In this document: one piece after another, positions 18,086-27,309 of the stretch | Layout of the letters: every line of letters starts with the position of its first letter | Position numbering within the stretch: position 1 is the stretch's first letter | Origin: a bacterium | GTDB lineage: Bacteria > UBA8248 > JACPRG01 > G963555815 | NCBI GenBank assembly: GCA_965261595.1 | Contig: CBDHDG010000006.1 | Coordinates: forward strand, 864,001-928,000 | Direction of reading: 5' to 3' | DNA: 64,000 bases | Position numbers and translations under genes: made by a program | Notes under the pieces: generated by a model | The model's input: the letters and a program-made list of their open reading frames with translations, nothing else | Database searches by the model: none | Told to the model about the DNA's origin: nothing

Positions 18086-20173
18086 TCAGCCCTTTTCCTT
18101 CAGAAGAAGATAGTTTCCATACGCGTCCACCTCGACCGCGTCTCCCGGCGCGACCCACAAGGTGGTGGCAGGCTCTTCAATAAGCAGAGGGCCCGAGAGC
18201 CGGGTCCCCGGTTTCAGCGCCGGCCCCTTCACGACGGCCGCGGAGACGGGCGGACCCGGCGCGTCCAGGCTCACTTCCCGCCGATCGGCCGATCCGGCCG
18301 AAGAGACGGCCCGGGCGTCGGCCCGCGACCCGCCCGCCAGGGCGGGGGTGCGCGCGATGGCGATGACGCGAAGGCTCAAAACGTCGATGACGCCGCTCGG
18401 GTCCTGATGCCCATAGAGCGCCTCGTGACGCTCGTGAAAGGCCGCCGCCAATACGCCAAGCGGATCGGGGCTTTCAAGAGCCGGAAGGGTCACGGGAATG
18501 CTCCAGTGCTGCCCCCGGTAGCGAAGGTCGGCTTCAAGCTCCATCTCCACGTCCTCGGCCCGTACGCCCATCTCCAGAAACTCTTCCCGGGCGCTTGCCG
18601 TCAATCGCCGGAATACGCCCTTCAGCTCCTCCGGCGGGGCCGTGGCAAGGTCCCCGTTGAAGCTTTGCACGTAGTCCTGACGAAGGTCGGCGTGAAGAAG
18701 GCCGAGCGCGCTGAAGACGGCCGCCTGCCTGGGGACGTAGACGCGGCGGATGCCCAGCGCCTCCGCCAGCGCGCCCGCGTGAAGCGGCCCGGCGCCGCCG
18801 GCGGCGATCAGCGTGAAATCCCGGGGGTCTCTCCCTTTTTCAAGGCTGATCATCTCCAGCGCGCTGATCATGTTCTGATTGGCGATCCGAACAATGGCCC
18901 GCGCCGCCTCGATGGGCGACAGGCCGAGGGGTTCGGCGATCTTTTGCCGGATGACCGCCTCCGCCCGCTCCCGGTCGATGGAAATCTCCCCCCCGGCAAA
19001 GTCGTCGGTTCCCAACCGGCCCAGGATCAGGTTGGCGTCGGTGACGGTCGGTTCTTCGCCGCCGCGGCCGTAACAGACCGGTCCCGGGTCCGCCCCGGAC
19101 CCACGCGGACCCACGCAAAGCATGCCGCCGGGATCGACGAAGGCGATCGTTCCCCCACCGGTCCCGATGGTTTTGACCTCCAGTGAAGGCGTGGCCAAAT
19201 GGTAGCCCTCGACCTCCACCACATCCGCCGTCGGTATCCTTCCGTTGACGACGACCGAGAGGTCGCAGCTCGTTCCGCCCATATCGAGAATCAGCAGGTT
19301 CAAGTCCCCAACGGCCTTGCCATACTGAAAACCGGCCGCCGTCGCCGCGGCCGGTCCGGAAAGGACGAGCATCCCCGGCCGGCGGACGCTACGCTCGGGA
19401 TCCAGGACACCCCCGTTTCCCTGGATGATCAGGGGCTTCGCGCGCAGTCCCCGCGACTTCAGCTCGGCGTCGAGCGCGTTCAGGTAAGAAGCGGCGCCCG
19501 GCGCGACGTAGGCGTGAATGGCGGTCGTCGAAGCGCGCTCATATTCCCCGGCCACCGGGAGGACGTCGGACGAGAGCAAGACGGGGACGCCGGGCATCAC
19601 CGCACCGGCCCGCTCCTTGACGGCCACCTCATGCCGGCCGTCGGCATAGGCGTTGAACAGGCAGACCGCCACCGCTTCCACCCCGTGGGCCTTGAGATGC
19701 GTCAATGCGTCCTCCATGCTCTCTTCGTCCAGGGGGACCAGGGGCTCTCCGAAGCAATCCATCCGCTCGCGGACCCCGACCCGGAGGTGACGGGGGACGA
19801 GATCCGGCGGATTGGGCGTCCTCATGTCCCAGACCGATTCCCGGGCGCCCCGGCGCAGGGCCAGGGAGTCGCGAAACCCCTCGGTCGCGATCAGCCCCAC
19901 CTTCGCGCCCGCCCGCTGGACCATCAGGTTGGTGCAAACCGTCGTCCCGTGAACGAACGAAGAGGCCCTTTTCAGGAGGTCCGGCGCGCTTTCCGACCAT
20001 CGGCCGGCCGCCTTCGCCAAACCCCGAAAGATCCCTTCGAGCAGGTTGTCGGGCGTTGTCGGGACTTTGAGGGAAATCAATTCCCCGGTGGATTCATCGG
20101 CCACCACGACATCGGTGAACGTGCCGCCTACGTCCACTCCGATTCGAACCGTCCCATTCGGTGATACACTCAT
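18086..20173 (-). CDS. Hydantoinase A / oxoprolinase family protein
   Basis: IGVDVGGTFTD, HGTTVCTN, EYERASTT, LSGPAA, DMGGTSCD, GADPGPVCYGRGG.EPTVTDA, GGAGPLH. Confidence 0.92.
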   Translation of the reverse strand: MSVSPNGTVRIGVDVGGTFTDVVVADESTGELISLKVPTTPDNLLEGIFRGLAKAAGRWSESAPDLLKRASSFVHGTTVCTNLMVQRAGAKVGLIATEGFRDSLALRRGARESVWDMRTPNPPDLVPRHLRVGVRERMDCFGEPLVPLDEESMEDALTHLKAHGVEAVAVCLFNAYADGRHEVAVKERAGAVMPGVPVLLSSDVLPVAGEYERASTTAIHAYVAPGAASYLNALDAELKSRGLRAKPLIIQGNGGVLDPERSVRRPGMLVLSGPAAATAAGFQYGKAVGDLNLLILDMGGTSCDLSVVVNGRIPTADVVEVEGYHLATPSLEVKTIGTGGGTIAFVDPGGMLCVGPRGSGADPGPVCYGRGGEEPTVTDANLILGRLGTDDFAGGEISIDRERAEAVIRQKIAEPLGLSPIEAARAIVRIANQNMISALEMISLEKGRDPRDFTLIAAGGAGPLHAGALAEALGIRRVYVPRQAAVFSALGLLHADLRQDYVQSFNGDLATAPPEELKGVFRRLTASAREEFLEMGVRAEDVEMELEADLRYRGQHWSIPVTLPALESPDPLGVLAAAFHERHEALYGHQDPSGVIDVLSLRVIAIARTPALAGGSRADARAVSSAGSADRREVSLDAPGPPVSAAVVKGPALKPGTRLSGPLLIEEPATTLWVAPGDAVEVDAYGNYLLLKEKG

Positions 20174-20194
20174 GTCTTGCCCGTTTGAGAGAAG

Positions 20195-20272
20195 GCGGGC
20201 AAGATGCCCACCCTGCCTGTTTTGAAACCACCGGGTTTCCGCCATTTGGTAGGCCGGGCATCTTGCCCGGCC
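20195..20272. repeat. GTAG-type REP palindrome pair
   Basis: gcgggcaagatgcccaccctgc and gtaggccgggcatcttgcccgg; same class recurs at ~23616-23640. Confidence 0.6.
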
Positions 20273-20370
20273 GGAAAAGGACAATGCCGATCACAACATG
20301 GAAAACGATTTACGAGACACTCCACTAGATTCATTATAATGCGGGTCTCTAGAACCAAGGGAAGCACCGA

Positions 20371-21399
20371 ATGTCCTCAAACCCATCTCAGACCGCCAAG
20401 ACCAACTCCCTGATGATTGGAATGAGCTTCTTTCCCCGGGAAGGAAGGGAGTCCGCCCTCAAGGTCGTGGAAGCCGTCCAAGAGGCGGAGGCGGCGGGCT
20501 TCGACCGCGCCTGGATCGGAGACACCCAGGGGATCTACCGGGATCCTTATGTCACCCTCGCGCTGTGCGCCGAACGGACCGAGCGGATCCAACTGGGGAT
20601 CGCCGTGACGAATCCGGTCACCCGTCACCCCACGGTGACGGCGCGGGCCGTCTCGACGCTGGACGAGACCTGGCCCGGGCGGACCCTGCTGGGCCTGGGG
20701 GCGGGCGACACCTCCTTCAAACACCTGGGACTCGACCCGCTGGGGCCTGAAGAATGCGAAGAGGCGGTCCATTGTCTGCGTTCCCTCCTGGCCGGAGAGG
20801 ACGGAATGTTTCGGGGACAACAAATGCCCAAGCTGGAACATTACGAGGGCAGGCGCTTGCCCATCTATCTGGCGGCCAACGGGCCCCGGATGCTGCGAAC
20901 GGCCGGCCGCTGCGCCGACGGTGTCATCGCCTCCGTCGGCGTCGCCCCCGACCTGATCCAGTATGTCCTGGACTCGGTGAGGGAAGGCGCCGAGAGCGCC
21001 GGCAGGGACCCGGCGGAGGTCACCATCTCGATGACCATCGGCTGCGACATCTCCGAGGACCGGGCGCGGGCGCGAGAGAACGTCAAGACCTACGTCGCGC
21101 GCCGCGTGCTCGCCCCCCTCCCCTCGCGGTTGACCGGCTTCACAAAACAAGAGAAGGAAGAGTTCAGAAAGGCCTATACCATCTCGGGCCATCTTCAAAC
21201 GGACGCGCCCCACGCCCGATTGGTGCGCGACGAGTGGATCGATCGCTTCGCCCTGGGGGGGACGGCGGAGGAATGCGCGGACAAACTGCGCGTACTCGCC
21301 GGCATGGGGGTGAACGAGGTCATGCTCCTTCCCACAACCGCCAGCGCCGCCTCCCTCGCCCGGACCTTCGCCGAGACCGTGCGCCCCAAGCTCGGATGA
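20371..21399 (+). CDS. LLM class flavin/F420-dependent oxidoreductase
   Basis: AEAAGFDRAWIGD, IAVTNPVTRHP, GRTLLGLGAGD, PIYLAANGPRML..AGRCADG; true start may be a later Met. Confidence 0.88.
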   Translation: MSSNPSQTAKTNSLMIGMSFFPREGRESALKVVEAVQEAEAAGFDRAWIGDTQGIYRDPYVTLALCAERTERIQLGIAVTNPVTRHPTVTARAVSTLDETWPGRTLLGLGAGDTSFKHLGLDPLGPEECEEAVHCLRSLLAGEDGMFRGQQMPKLEHYEGRRLPIYLAANGPRMLRTAGRCADGVIASVGVAPDLIQYVLDSVREGAESAGRDPAEVTISMTIGCDISEDRARARENVKTYVARRVLAPLPSRLTGFTKQEKEEFRKAYTISGHLQTDAPHARLVRDEWIDRFALGGTAEECADKLRVLAGMGVNEVMLLPTTASAASLARTFAETVRPKLG

Positions 21400-21703
21400 C
21401 CCGTCCATCAAGACGGACTGTCCAGTGTGAATGGCTTTTCCCTTCCGGCCCTGTATTCTCCGCCATTCGCGTTTCTCACAAAGACCAAGGCCGCGCACTC
21501 CACAGGCTCAACGGTCATCGGCTTCCCTTGCGAAGGCGGGAGGGGGAGGGGGAGGGATGGCATCGTTCGGGGGGCGATAAAGACCATTTTACCGATATCC
21601 CTTTGAAAACTTCATTCGACTCTGTACAGTCTATTCACCCCCCTTGACGGGTTTTGACCGGAGATCAAGATAGGGTGGGGTTTCCTCCGGGTTTAGAGAC
21701 TTT

Positions 21704-23314
21704 TTGACTTTGTCCTCTCCGCTGTCCTCTCTTCCGCCACTCGAGGGAATGACCTGGCTCCTCGCGGCGCTTCCGATCCTCACGCTTCTCGTTTTGATGA
21801 TCGGTTTTCGCTGGAGCGCCGCAAAAGCCGGAACGATCGGGCTTGGCGCGGCGCTGCTGACGGCTTCGCTTCATTTCGGGACTGGGCCCCCGGCCCTGCT
21901 CATCGCCCTGGGCCGGGGTCTCCTGCTGGGCCTGAAGGTCCTCTATATCGTTTGGCCCGCCCTTTTGCTCTACCAGGTGGCCCGAGCGCCCGGCGCGATT
22001 CAGAACCTGGGGTGGATTGTGGCGTCCCTCACGCGGAACCACATCCTCCAGCTCCTGATCCTGGCCTTCGGCTTTACGACGTTTCTTCAGGGGGTGGCGG
22101 GTTTCGGCGTTCCGGTCGCGGTTGTCACCCCCCTTCTCGTCGGGATGGGCTACCCCCCGATTCAGGCCGCCGCGGCGGCCCTCGCGGGCCACGCCTGGTC
22201 CGTGTCCATGGGAGACATGGCGTCTTCCTTCCAGGCCCTGCGGGCGGTCACCGACCTTCCGGCCCACACCTTGGGTCTTTGGATAGCGACCTTCCTGGGA
22301 GGGGCCGGAATCCTGACGGCCTTTTCCGTGGTCCACATCCACGCGGGATTCAGCGGCATTTGGCGGTGGCCCGGTCCGCCCCTCATCCTGGGGGCCGTCA
22401 CCATCGGCGTTCAGTGGATGCTGGCCTACTTCGACCTATGGATCATGGCGTCCTTCGGGGGCGGGATGGCGGGGTTGGCCGTCGGCCTCTGGTTGTCGCG
22501 GCTCCCGCGCTACCGGGGGCCTTCCAGGCCCGCGACCCTCGGACCGAAACCCGACGAAGAGCGCGTGCGGTCCGTCCCCCTGCCCCCTGAATCGGAGCGC
22601 ATGGGCTTCGCGCTGGCCTTCGCGCCCTATTTCGCCCTCGTCGGCGTGGTCCTGCTGCCCACGCTGGTCCCCGCCGTCCATCAAGCGCTCGACGCCCTTC
22701 GGCTGAACGTCTCCCTGCCCGGGACGGAGAGCGCATACGGATGGAAAACACCCGCGTCCACGTGGTCGCTGAGCCTCCTCGGGCATCCGGGGGCGTTGCT
22801 CCTGTACGCCGCGGCCATCGGTTACGTTGTCTTCCGGACACGGGGCCGTTGGCCCGCCGGCGCCGCGCCATGGCGGGACACCATCCGGGAGGCCGGACCC
22901 GCGACGGTGGGAATCGTAACAATGGTCTGCACGGCGACGGTGATGACGGCATCGGGGATGACGATGGTTTTGGCCCGGGTCCTGTTTCTGGTCGCGGGAA
23001 AGGGTTATCCCTTTTTCTCGCCGTTCGTGGGGCTGCTCGGCTGCGTCATCACGGGGAGCAACACGAATTCCAACATTCTCTTCGGGGCCCTTCAAACCGA
23101 CATCGCGGGTCTTCTGGGGGCGAGTCCCGTCATCCTTGGGGCCGCTCAGAGCGCCGGAGGGGCGCTGGGCAGCATGGTGGCGCCGGCGAAGGTCCTGTTG
23201 GCCTGCGCCACAGCGGGACTGGCCGGCCGGGAGGGGCGTGTGATCGGCCGGACCCTCGGCTACTGCGTTCTCATGACGTCGCTCGTGGGCCTGGCCGCAT
23301 GGTGGGTCTCCTGA
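21704..23314 (+). CDS. L-lactate permease family transporter
   Basis: FLQGVAGFGVPVA, PFVGLLGCVITGSNTNSNILFG, AAQSAGGALGSMVAP; polytopic; start approximate. Confidence 0.85.
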   Translation: MTLSSPLSSLPPLEGMTWLLAALPILTLLVLMIGFRWSAAKAGTIGLGAALLTASLHFGTGPPALLIALGRGLLLGLKVLYIVWPALLLYQVARAPGAIQNLGWIVASLTRNHILQLLILAFGFTTFLQGVAGFGVPVAVVTPLLVGMGYPPIQAAAAALAGHAWSVSMGDMASSFQALRAVTDLPAHTLGLWIATFLGGAGILTAFSVVHIHAGFSGIWRWPGPPLILGAVTIGVQWMLAYFDLWIMASFGGGMAGLAVGLWLSRLPRYRGPSRPATLGPKPDEERVRSVPLPPESERMGFALAFAPYFALVGVVLLPTLVPAVHQALDALRLNVSLPGTESAYGWKTPASTWSLSLLGHPGALLLYAAAIGYVVFRTRGRWPAGAAPWRDTIREAGPATVGIVTMVCTATVMTASGMTMVLARVLFLVAGKGYPFFSPFVGLLGCVITGSNTNSNILFGALQTDIAGLLGASPVILGAAQSAGGALGSMVAPAKVLLACATAGLAGREGRVIGRTLGYCVLMTSLVGLAAWWVS

Positions 23315-23339
23315 CCCGGAATTCTCATCCATTCAGAAT

Positions 23340-23430
23340 GTAGCGCAGAGGCGCGGGTCGGTGGACCCCCAGCCTCCGTCAAAACGCGGCGCTGCATCAA
23401 AAATCAGCGGAGGCCGAAGCCTCTGCGCTA
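23340..23430. repeat. REP doublet (GTAGCGC class)
   Basis: gtagcgcagaggc ... gcctctgcgctac inverted pair; related to 24280-24356. Confidence 0.65.
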
Positions 23431-23507
23431 CGCCCGATGGGCCATCGATGGATGAGCATACGAATCGCTCCACCGGTCCCGAGCAAGGTCGTTTTTCCGC
23501 AACCTGC

Positions 23508-23750
23508 CTAGTGTCCTGATTGAGAAATTCGTTGATGAACTCAAGGGAGTTCATCTGCCCATTGAGGCCGGGCTGGAAGCCCGGCCTACCGAGCGGTGGG
23601 GCCGTTTGCAAATGGGTAGGGCGGGCATCTTGCCCGCCTGCCTTGGGCGTTTGGCGACCGGACGCATTGAACCCTCTTCCTCATCTTAGGTGCTCCTGGG
23701 CACGGAGCATCCCCGGTATTGCTCAACGGATTTATCGGACAAGACACTAG
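23508..23750. mobile_element. MITE with IS630-like ends
   Basis: ctagtgtcctgattgagaaattcgttga vs rc ctagtgtcttgtccgataaatccgttga (22/28); CTAG at both tips; no transposase; contains REP palindromes. Confidence 0.7.
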
Positions 23751-24189
23751 GTCAATAACCTGATTTCTCGCTTTCTCGAATTAAAAACCCATTGATTTAA
23801 TTGCAATAACGCCTTTGGGTTTGGATCGTACTTTTATATTCTTCAGCCACTCCACCCTTGCGGAGAAGACATCGCCGCACCGTTCCCTGTCCCAATCCAA
23901 TGAATTTTTCATTCCAGCAGGCGCAATCCATAGTACGAAATTAATTGCCAGGCAACCATTTTTTCGATCTGGATGAATTAAGTATGATGTCCCCTTAATT
24001 CCCCCCCTTAATTCCCCGACGTTCAAGATTCTCTTTGAGTGAAAAAGGGGAGCGTTGCTTGACTTTGCACTCCACCGAAAGGTGAAGGAGACCAAAACGC
24101 TCAATCGAATAGATCGGCTGATTACCACGCAGTGCAAAGTCAAGCAACGACCCCAAGTCGCACAAGTTGCGCACAAGCCGCGCATGAGA

Positions 24190-24436
24190 AATCCGGGCTA
24201 ACGACCCCTCGGTCGGAATGACAGTCAGACCAAATGCGGCACTGGCGGACCAGCCGCCAGTGGCACACTGCCTTGAGATGTAGCGCGGAGGCTTCAGCCT
24301 CCGCGCACGCGCCGCGCCCAATCGAAAACCAGCGGAGGCTAAAGCCTCCGCGCTACACGGCTTTCGTGAATGCCTGAACCCGCTATTGGACATCGACCCC
24401 TCGCAAAGATCGGGAGGGCGCAAGGCCCTCCCCTAC
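24190..24436. repeat. Cluster of REP-like palindromes of several classes
   Basis: ..ggtcggaatgaca (also near 3840-3850), gcactggcggaccagccgccagtggcac, gtagcgcggaggcttcagcctccg/cggaggctaaagcctccgcgctac, gagggcgcaaggccctcccctac. Confidence 0.65.
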
Positions 24437-24535
24437 AACAATCGTCTTCACGATAGATGAGCGTAAGAATCGCTCCAATCGTCCTGAGCAAGATCGTTTT
24501 TCCGCAGCCTGCTGGGGAAGTCCCCGGCCAAACCA

Positions 24536-24922
24536 TCAGTCCAGCATCGCGACCGCCTCGATTTCGAGCAGCCAGTCGGGGTGGACCAAGCGGGGGACCT
24601 GGACGTATGTGCTCGGGACCGGCGCGTCGAAGTAATCGCTCCGGACCTTCGAGACCGGCGTGATGTCATTGTCGATGTCGGTGGAGTAGATGTTGATCTT
24701 CACCACGTTTTCAAACGTCGCGCCCACGGACGCGAGACACTTCTTGATGTTCTCGAAAACCTGCCGGGCCTGGGCCTCGATGTCGCCCTTGCCCACGACG
24801 TTGCCATCGGCGTCCACCGACGTCTGGCCGGCCACGTAGACGGTGTTCCCGTGCCGGGAGACCTGTGAAAATCGGGGGGAGGGGTCCCAAATTCCTTCCG
24901 GCTTAATGATTTCCCGCGGCAT
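24536..24922 (-). CDS. RidA/YjgF/UK114 family protein
   Basis: VYVAGQT, QARQVFENI, VVKINIY, LLEIEAVA. Confidence 0.9.
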   Translation of the reverse strand: MPREIIKPEGIWDPSPRFSQVSRHGNTVYVAGQTSVDADGNVVGKGDIEAQARQVFENIKKCLASVGATFENVVKINIYSTDIDNDITPVSKVRSDYFDAPVPSTYVQVPRLVHPDWLLEIEAVAMLD

Positions 24923-25000
24923 GGCGTCCTCCTGTTCAATGAGGCTGAAGTGAGTTTCCCCGAGCGGCGTCTTCGCCGTCCGGGATGGATGCTGAGAACG

Positions 25001-25981
25001 TTATTTCCCCGGCTTCCGCGCCGGGTCCGGCTTGGAGGAGCGCGGCCTTTCCGCGCCGCCCCGGGCCAGACTGGGCTCGGCGAGACACCGCTTCAGGAAG
25101 GGCAGGGCCTCGCTCCAGATGAGGGCACCCGACACGACTCGGCCGCCCGGAACCTCCCGGGAGATGACCTCCCGCCGATCGCCCATCTCCTTTCTGAGCC
25201 GCTCGGCGAACCGGCGCATCTGGAGGACGGACACGGCCCGATCCTCCTTTCCATGGATCAAAAGGACCGGGCAGGACAACTGGCCCGCGAACTCCGCCGG
25301 GGAGCGGATGCGCAGGGCCTCGGAGGATGTTCCGGCCTCCCGCTCGATCCGCTTTCGCAGCGCCAGGGCCTCTTTGGCCGGTCCGGCCGTCGCCCCGCCG
25401 GTCTTCGCGTTCTCCCCGATGACGCCCCGCAGATCGTACAAGCCGCTCTGGAGGATGACGGCGCGGACCTCGGGGACGCTGCGCGCCAGGAGGGCGGCGG
25501 CCGTCGCCCCGCGGGAAGCGCCGAAGATCGCAATCCGCCGGGAATCCACCCAAGGCAGGGCCTGGAAATGGGCCATGGCCAAGCGGAGACGCGACAGCGT
25601 GGCGGGACCGACAAAATCCCGCTCGCCGGGCGTGCCGCCGAAGCCGGGCATGGAGGGTGCCATCGCCGCGTAACCCTGAGAGGCCAGAAATCCCCCCGTG
25701 CCGTCGTAGTAAAATTCCTTCCCCCCATTCATGCCGGTGGCCTCGGGTGAATCCCCGTGAAGCAGGACGACACCGGGGAACGGTCCCTTCCCGGCGGGAC
25801 GGAACAGGAAGATCTCCGTCCGCCCCCCGCCGGGCGGCGTCCGATTCAGAACGACCCGCTTGACGGTCACGCCCTCTTCCGAGGTGGGCAGCGTCGTGAC
25901 CGCGCAACCCGCCGCCAAAGCCAACAGCGCCGAAGCCGCCGCCACGCGGGCGGCGCTGCGAACCCGGTTCCGAATTCTCAT
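25001..25981 (-). CDS. Alpha/beta hydrolase (S9/dienelactone-hydrolase-like) lipoprotein
   Basis: Lipobox LAAGC; GPFPGVVLLHG, GASRG nucleophile elbow, PVLLIHGKED. Confidence 0.8.
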   Translation of the reverse strand: MRIRNRVRSAARVAAASALLALAAGCAVTTLPTSEEGVTVKRVVLNRTPPGGGRTEIFLFRPAGKGPFPGVVLLHGDSPEATGMNGGKEFYYDGTGGFLASQGYAAMAPSMPGFGGTPGERDFVGPATLSRLRLAMAHFQALPWVDSRRIAIFGASRGATAAALLARSVPEVRAVILQSGLYDLRGVIGENAKTGGATAGPAKEALALRKRIEREAGTSSEALRIRSPAEFAGQLSCPVLLIHGKEDRAVSVLQMRRFAERLRKEMGDRREVISREVPGGRVVSGALIWSEALPFLKRCLAEPSLARGGAERPRSSKPDPARKPGK

Positions 25982-26026
25982 TCCGGGCGTCCCTCCCTAC
26001 GCGTCATCCTCGTGTTTCGAATCTTC

Positions 26027-26988
26027 TCATCCATCCGAGGCCGGCACGCCGTGGTCTTGGGCCTGCAGGCACGCGTAGATGACATCGTGTATCGGCGTGG
26101 GAACCCCCGCTTCCCGTCCCAGACGGACAGCGGCGCCGGCCAGGCTGTCGATCTCCAGGGGCTTGCCGGCCTCCAGGTCCTTCTGAAGCGATGAGCGCAT
26201 GTCCGTGAGGCCCTCCGAGAAGGCCATCACCGTGTCCACAATGTCCCCCGGCAGGCTCACCCCCCGCGCCCGCGCCACGGCCTCCACCTCCCGGACGGCG
26301 GATTCATAGAGCGCCCGGGATTCGGGAAAGTCCAGAACGGCCCGCAGCCCCTTGCGCGTCATGGCCGTCATCCCGCTCATCGGGCAGATGTAGAGGAATT
26401 TGGCCCAAAGCGCGGCGTCGATGTCTTCCGCCATCTCGACGGGGATGTCGGTCCGGTGAAAGGCGTCCCGGACCCTTTCGGCCCGCTCCGCCGGGCGGCC
26501 GTCCCGCTCGCCGAAGACGAGCCGCCTCGGGCCGCTCCCGTGCCGGACGAGGCCGGGCGAGACCAGCGTCGCCTCGATGTAAACCGCCCCGGGCAGGATG
26601 TCCGCCCGGACGCCCTCCCCGGCCAGGGCCTCGGAGAGCCGCTCCGCGCTGTCCACGCCGTTCTGGACGGTCAGGATGAACGTATCGCTTCCCAGCAAAG
26701 GCGGAAGCGAGGCGACCGCGTCTTTCGTGTCCGGCCCCTTGACGGCGAACAGGACCCAATCGACCGGCCCGACCTCGCGGGCGTCTTCCGTCGCCCGGAC
26801 GGATTCGGGGGGAAGCCGGAAATCCCCTCCCCCCCCCCTTCCGACGCGCTCTCGACCCGGAGCCCGTTTTCCCGCATCGCCCGGACGTGATCGCCCCGGC
26901 CGATGAGATGTATCTCTTCCCCCGATCGGGCCAGGATCGCGCCGTAATACGACCCGATGGCCCCGGCGCCCAGGACGGCGATCTTCAC
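26027..26988 (-). pseudogene. panE: Ketopantoate reductase family protein, frameshift in poly-C/G tract near 26820-26840 (possibly sequencing error)
   Basis: VKIAVLGAGAIGSYYG at the N-terminus; TVQNG, LWAKF, SSLQKDLEAGKPLEIDSLAG in the downstream frame. Confidence 0.8.
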
Positions 26989-27031
26989 CTGAGAGACTCT
27001 ATGTTGGAAGGCGGGGGGCGCTTCCCGCGCC

Positions 27032-27279
27032 TTCGCAAGAAAACTGGCCCATTGGCCGAATGCCGGAGCCTTCCGGAGGCGGACGGGCATCCGGCCAAAG
27101 AGAGAGACCACCGATAGGCCGAAGACAACCGGATCAGCCAAACCCACATCCAACCCAGGCAAGGCCAAGCCGTAAGGCTTGGCCCGGTAGGGCGGCCATC
27201 TTGGCCGCCACCGGAAGGCGGGCTGGAAGCCTGCCCCACCAGGGGTCCAGGGGGACGGTTTTTCAAAAAAGCCCCCCTG
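27032..27279 (+). repeat. Dispersed ~240-bp intergenic repeat, copy 2, with an inserted REP pair
   Basis: Same ordered blocks as 14734-14974; extra gtagggcggccatcttggccgcc..gcgggctggaagcctgccccac inside. Confidence 0.75.
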
Positions 27280-27309
27280 TCTTGCTTTGGCGGATAGCCC
27301 GCTCATGGA

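Noticed and set aside
16509..18113. Long antisense ORFs (also 27373-28641, 30684-32363, 46360-48273, 55187-56968 and others)
   Set aside because: Shadow frames of well-supported genes, expected in GC-rich DNA; no recognisable motifs.
23781..24185. 134-aa ORF as a real gene or RAYT transposase
   Set aside because: Runs across repeats and a composition boundary, with no HUH motif; at most a short relic.
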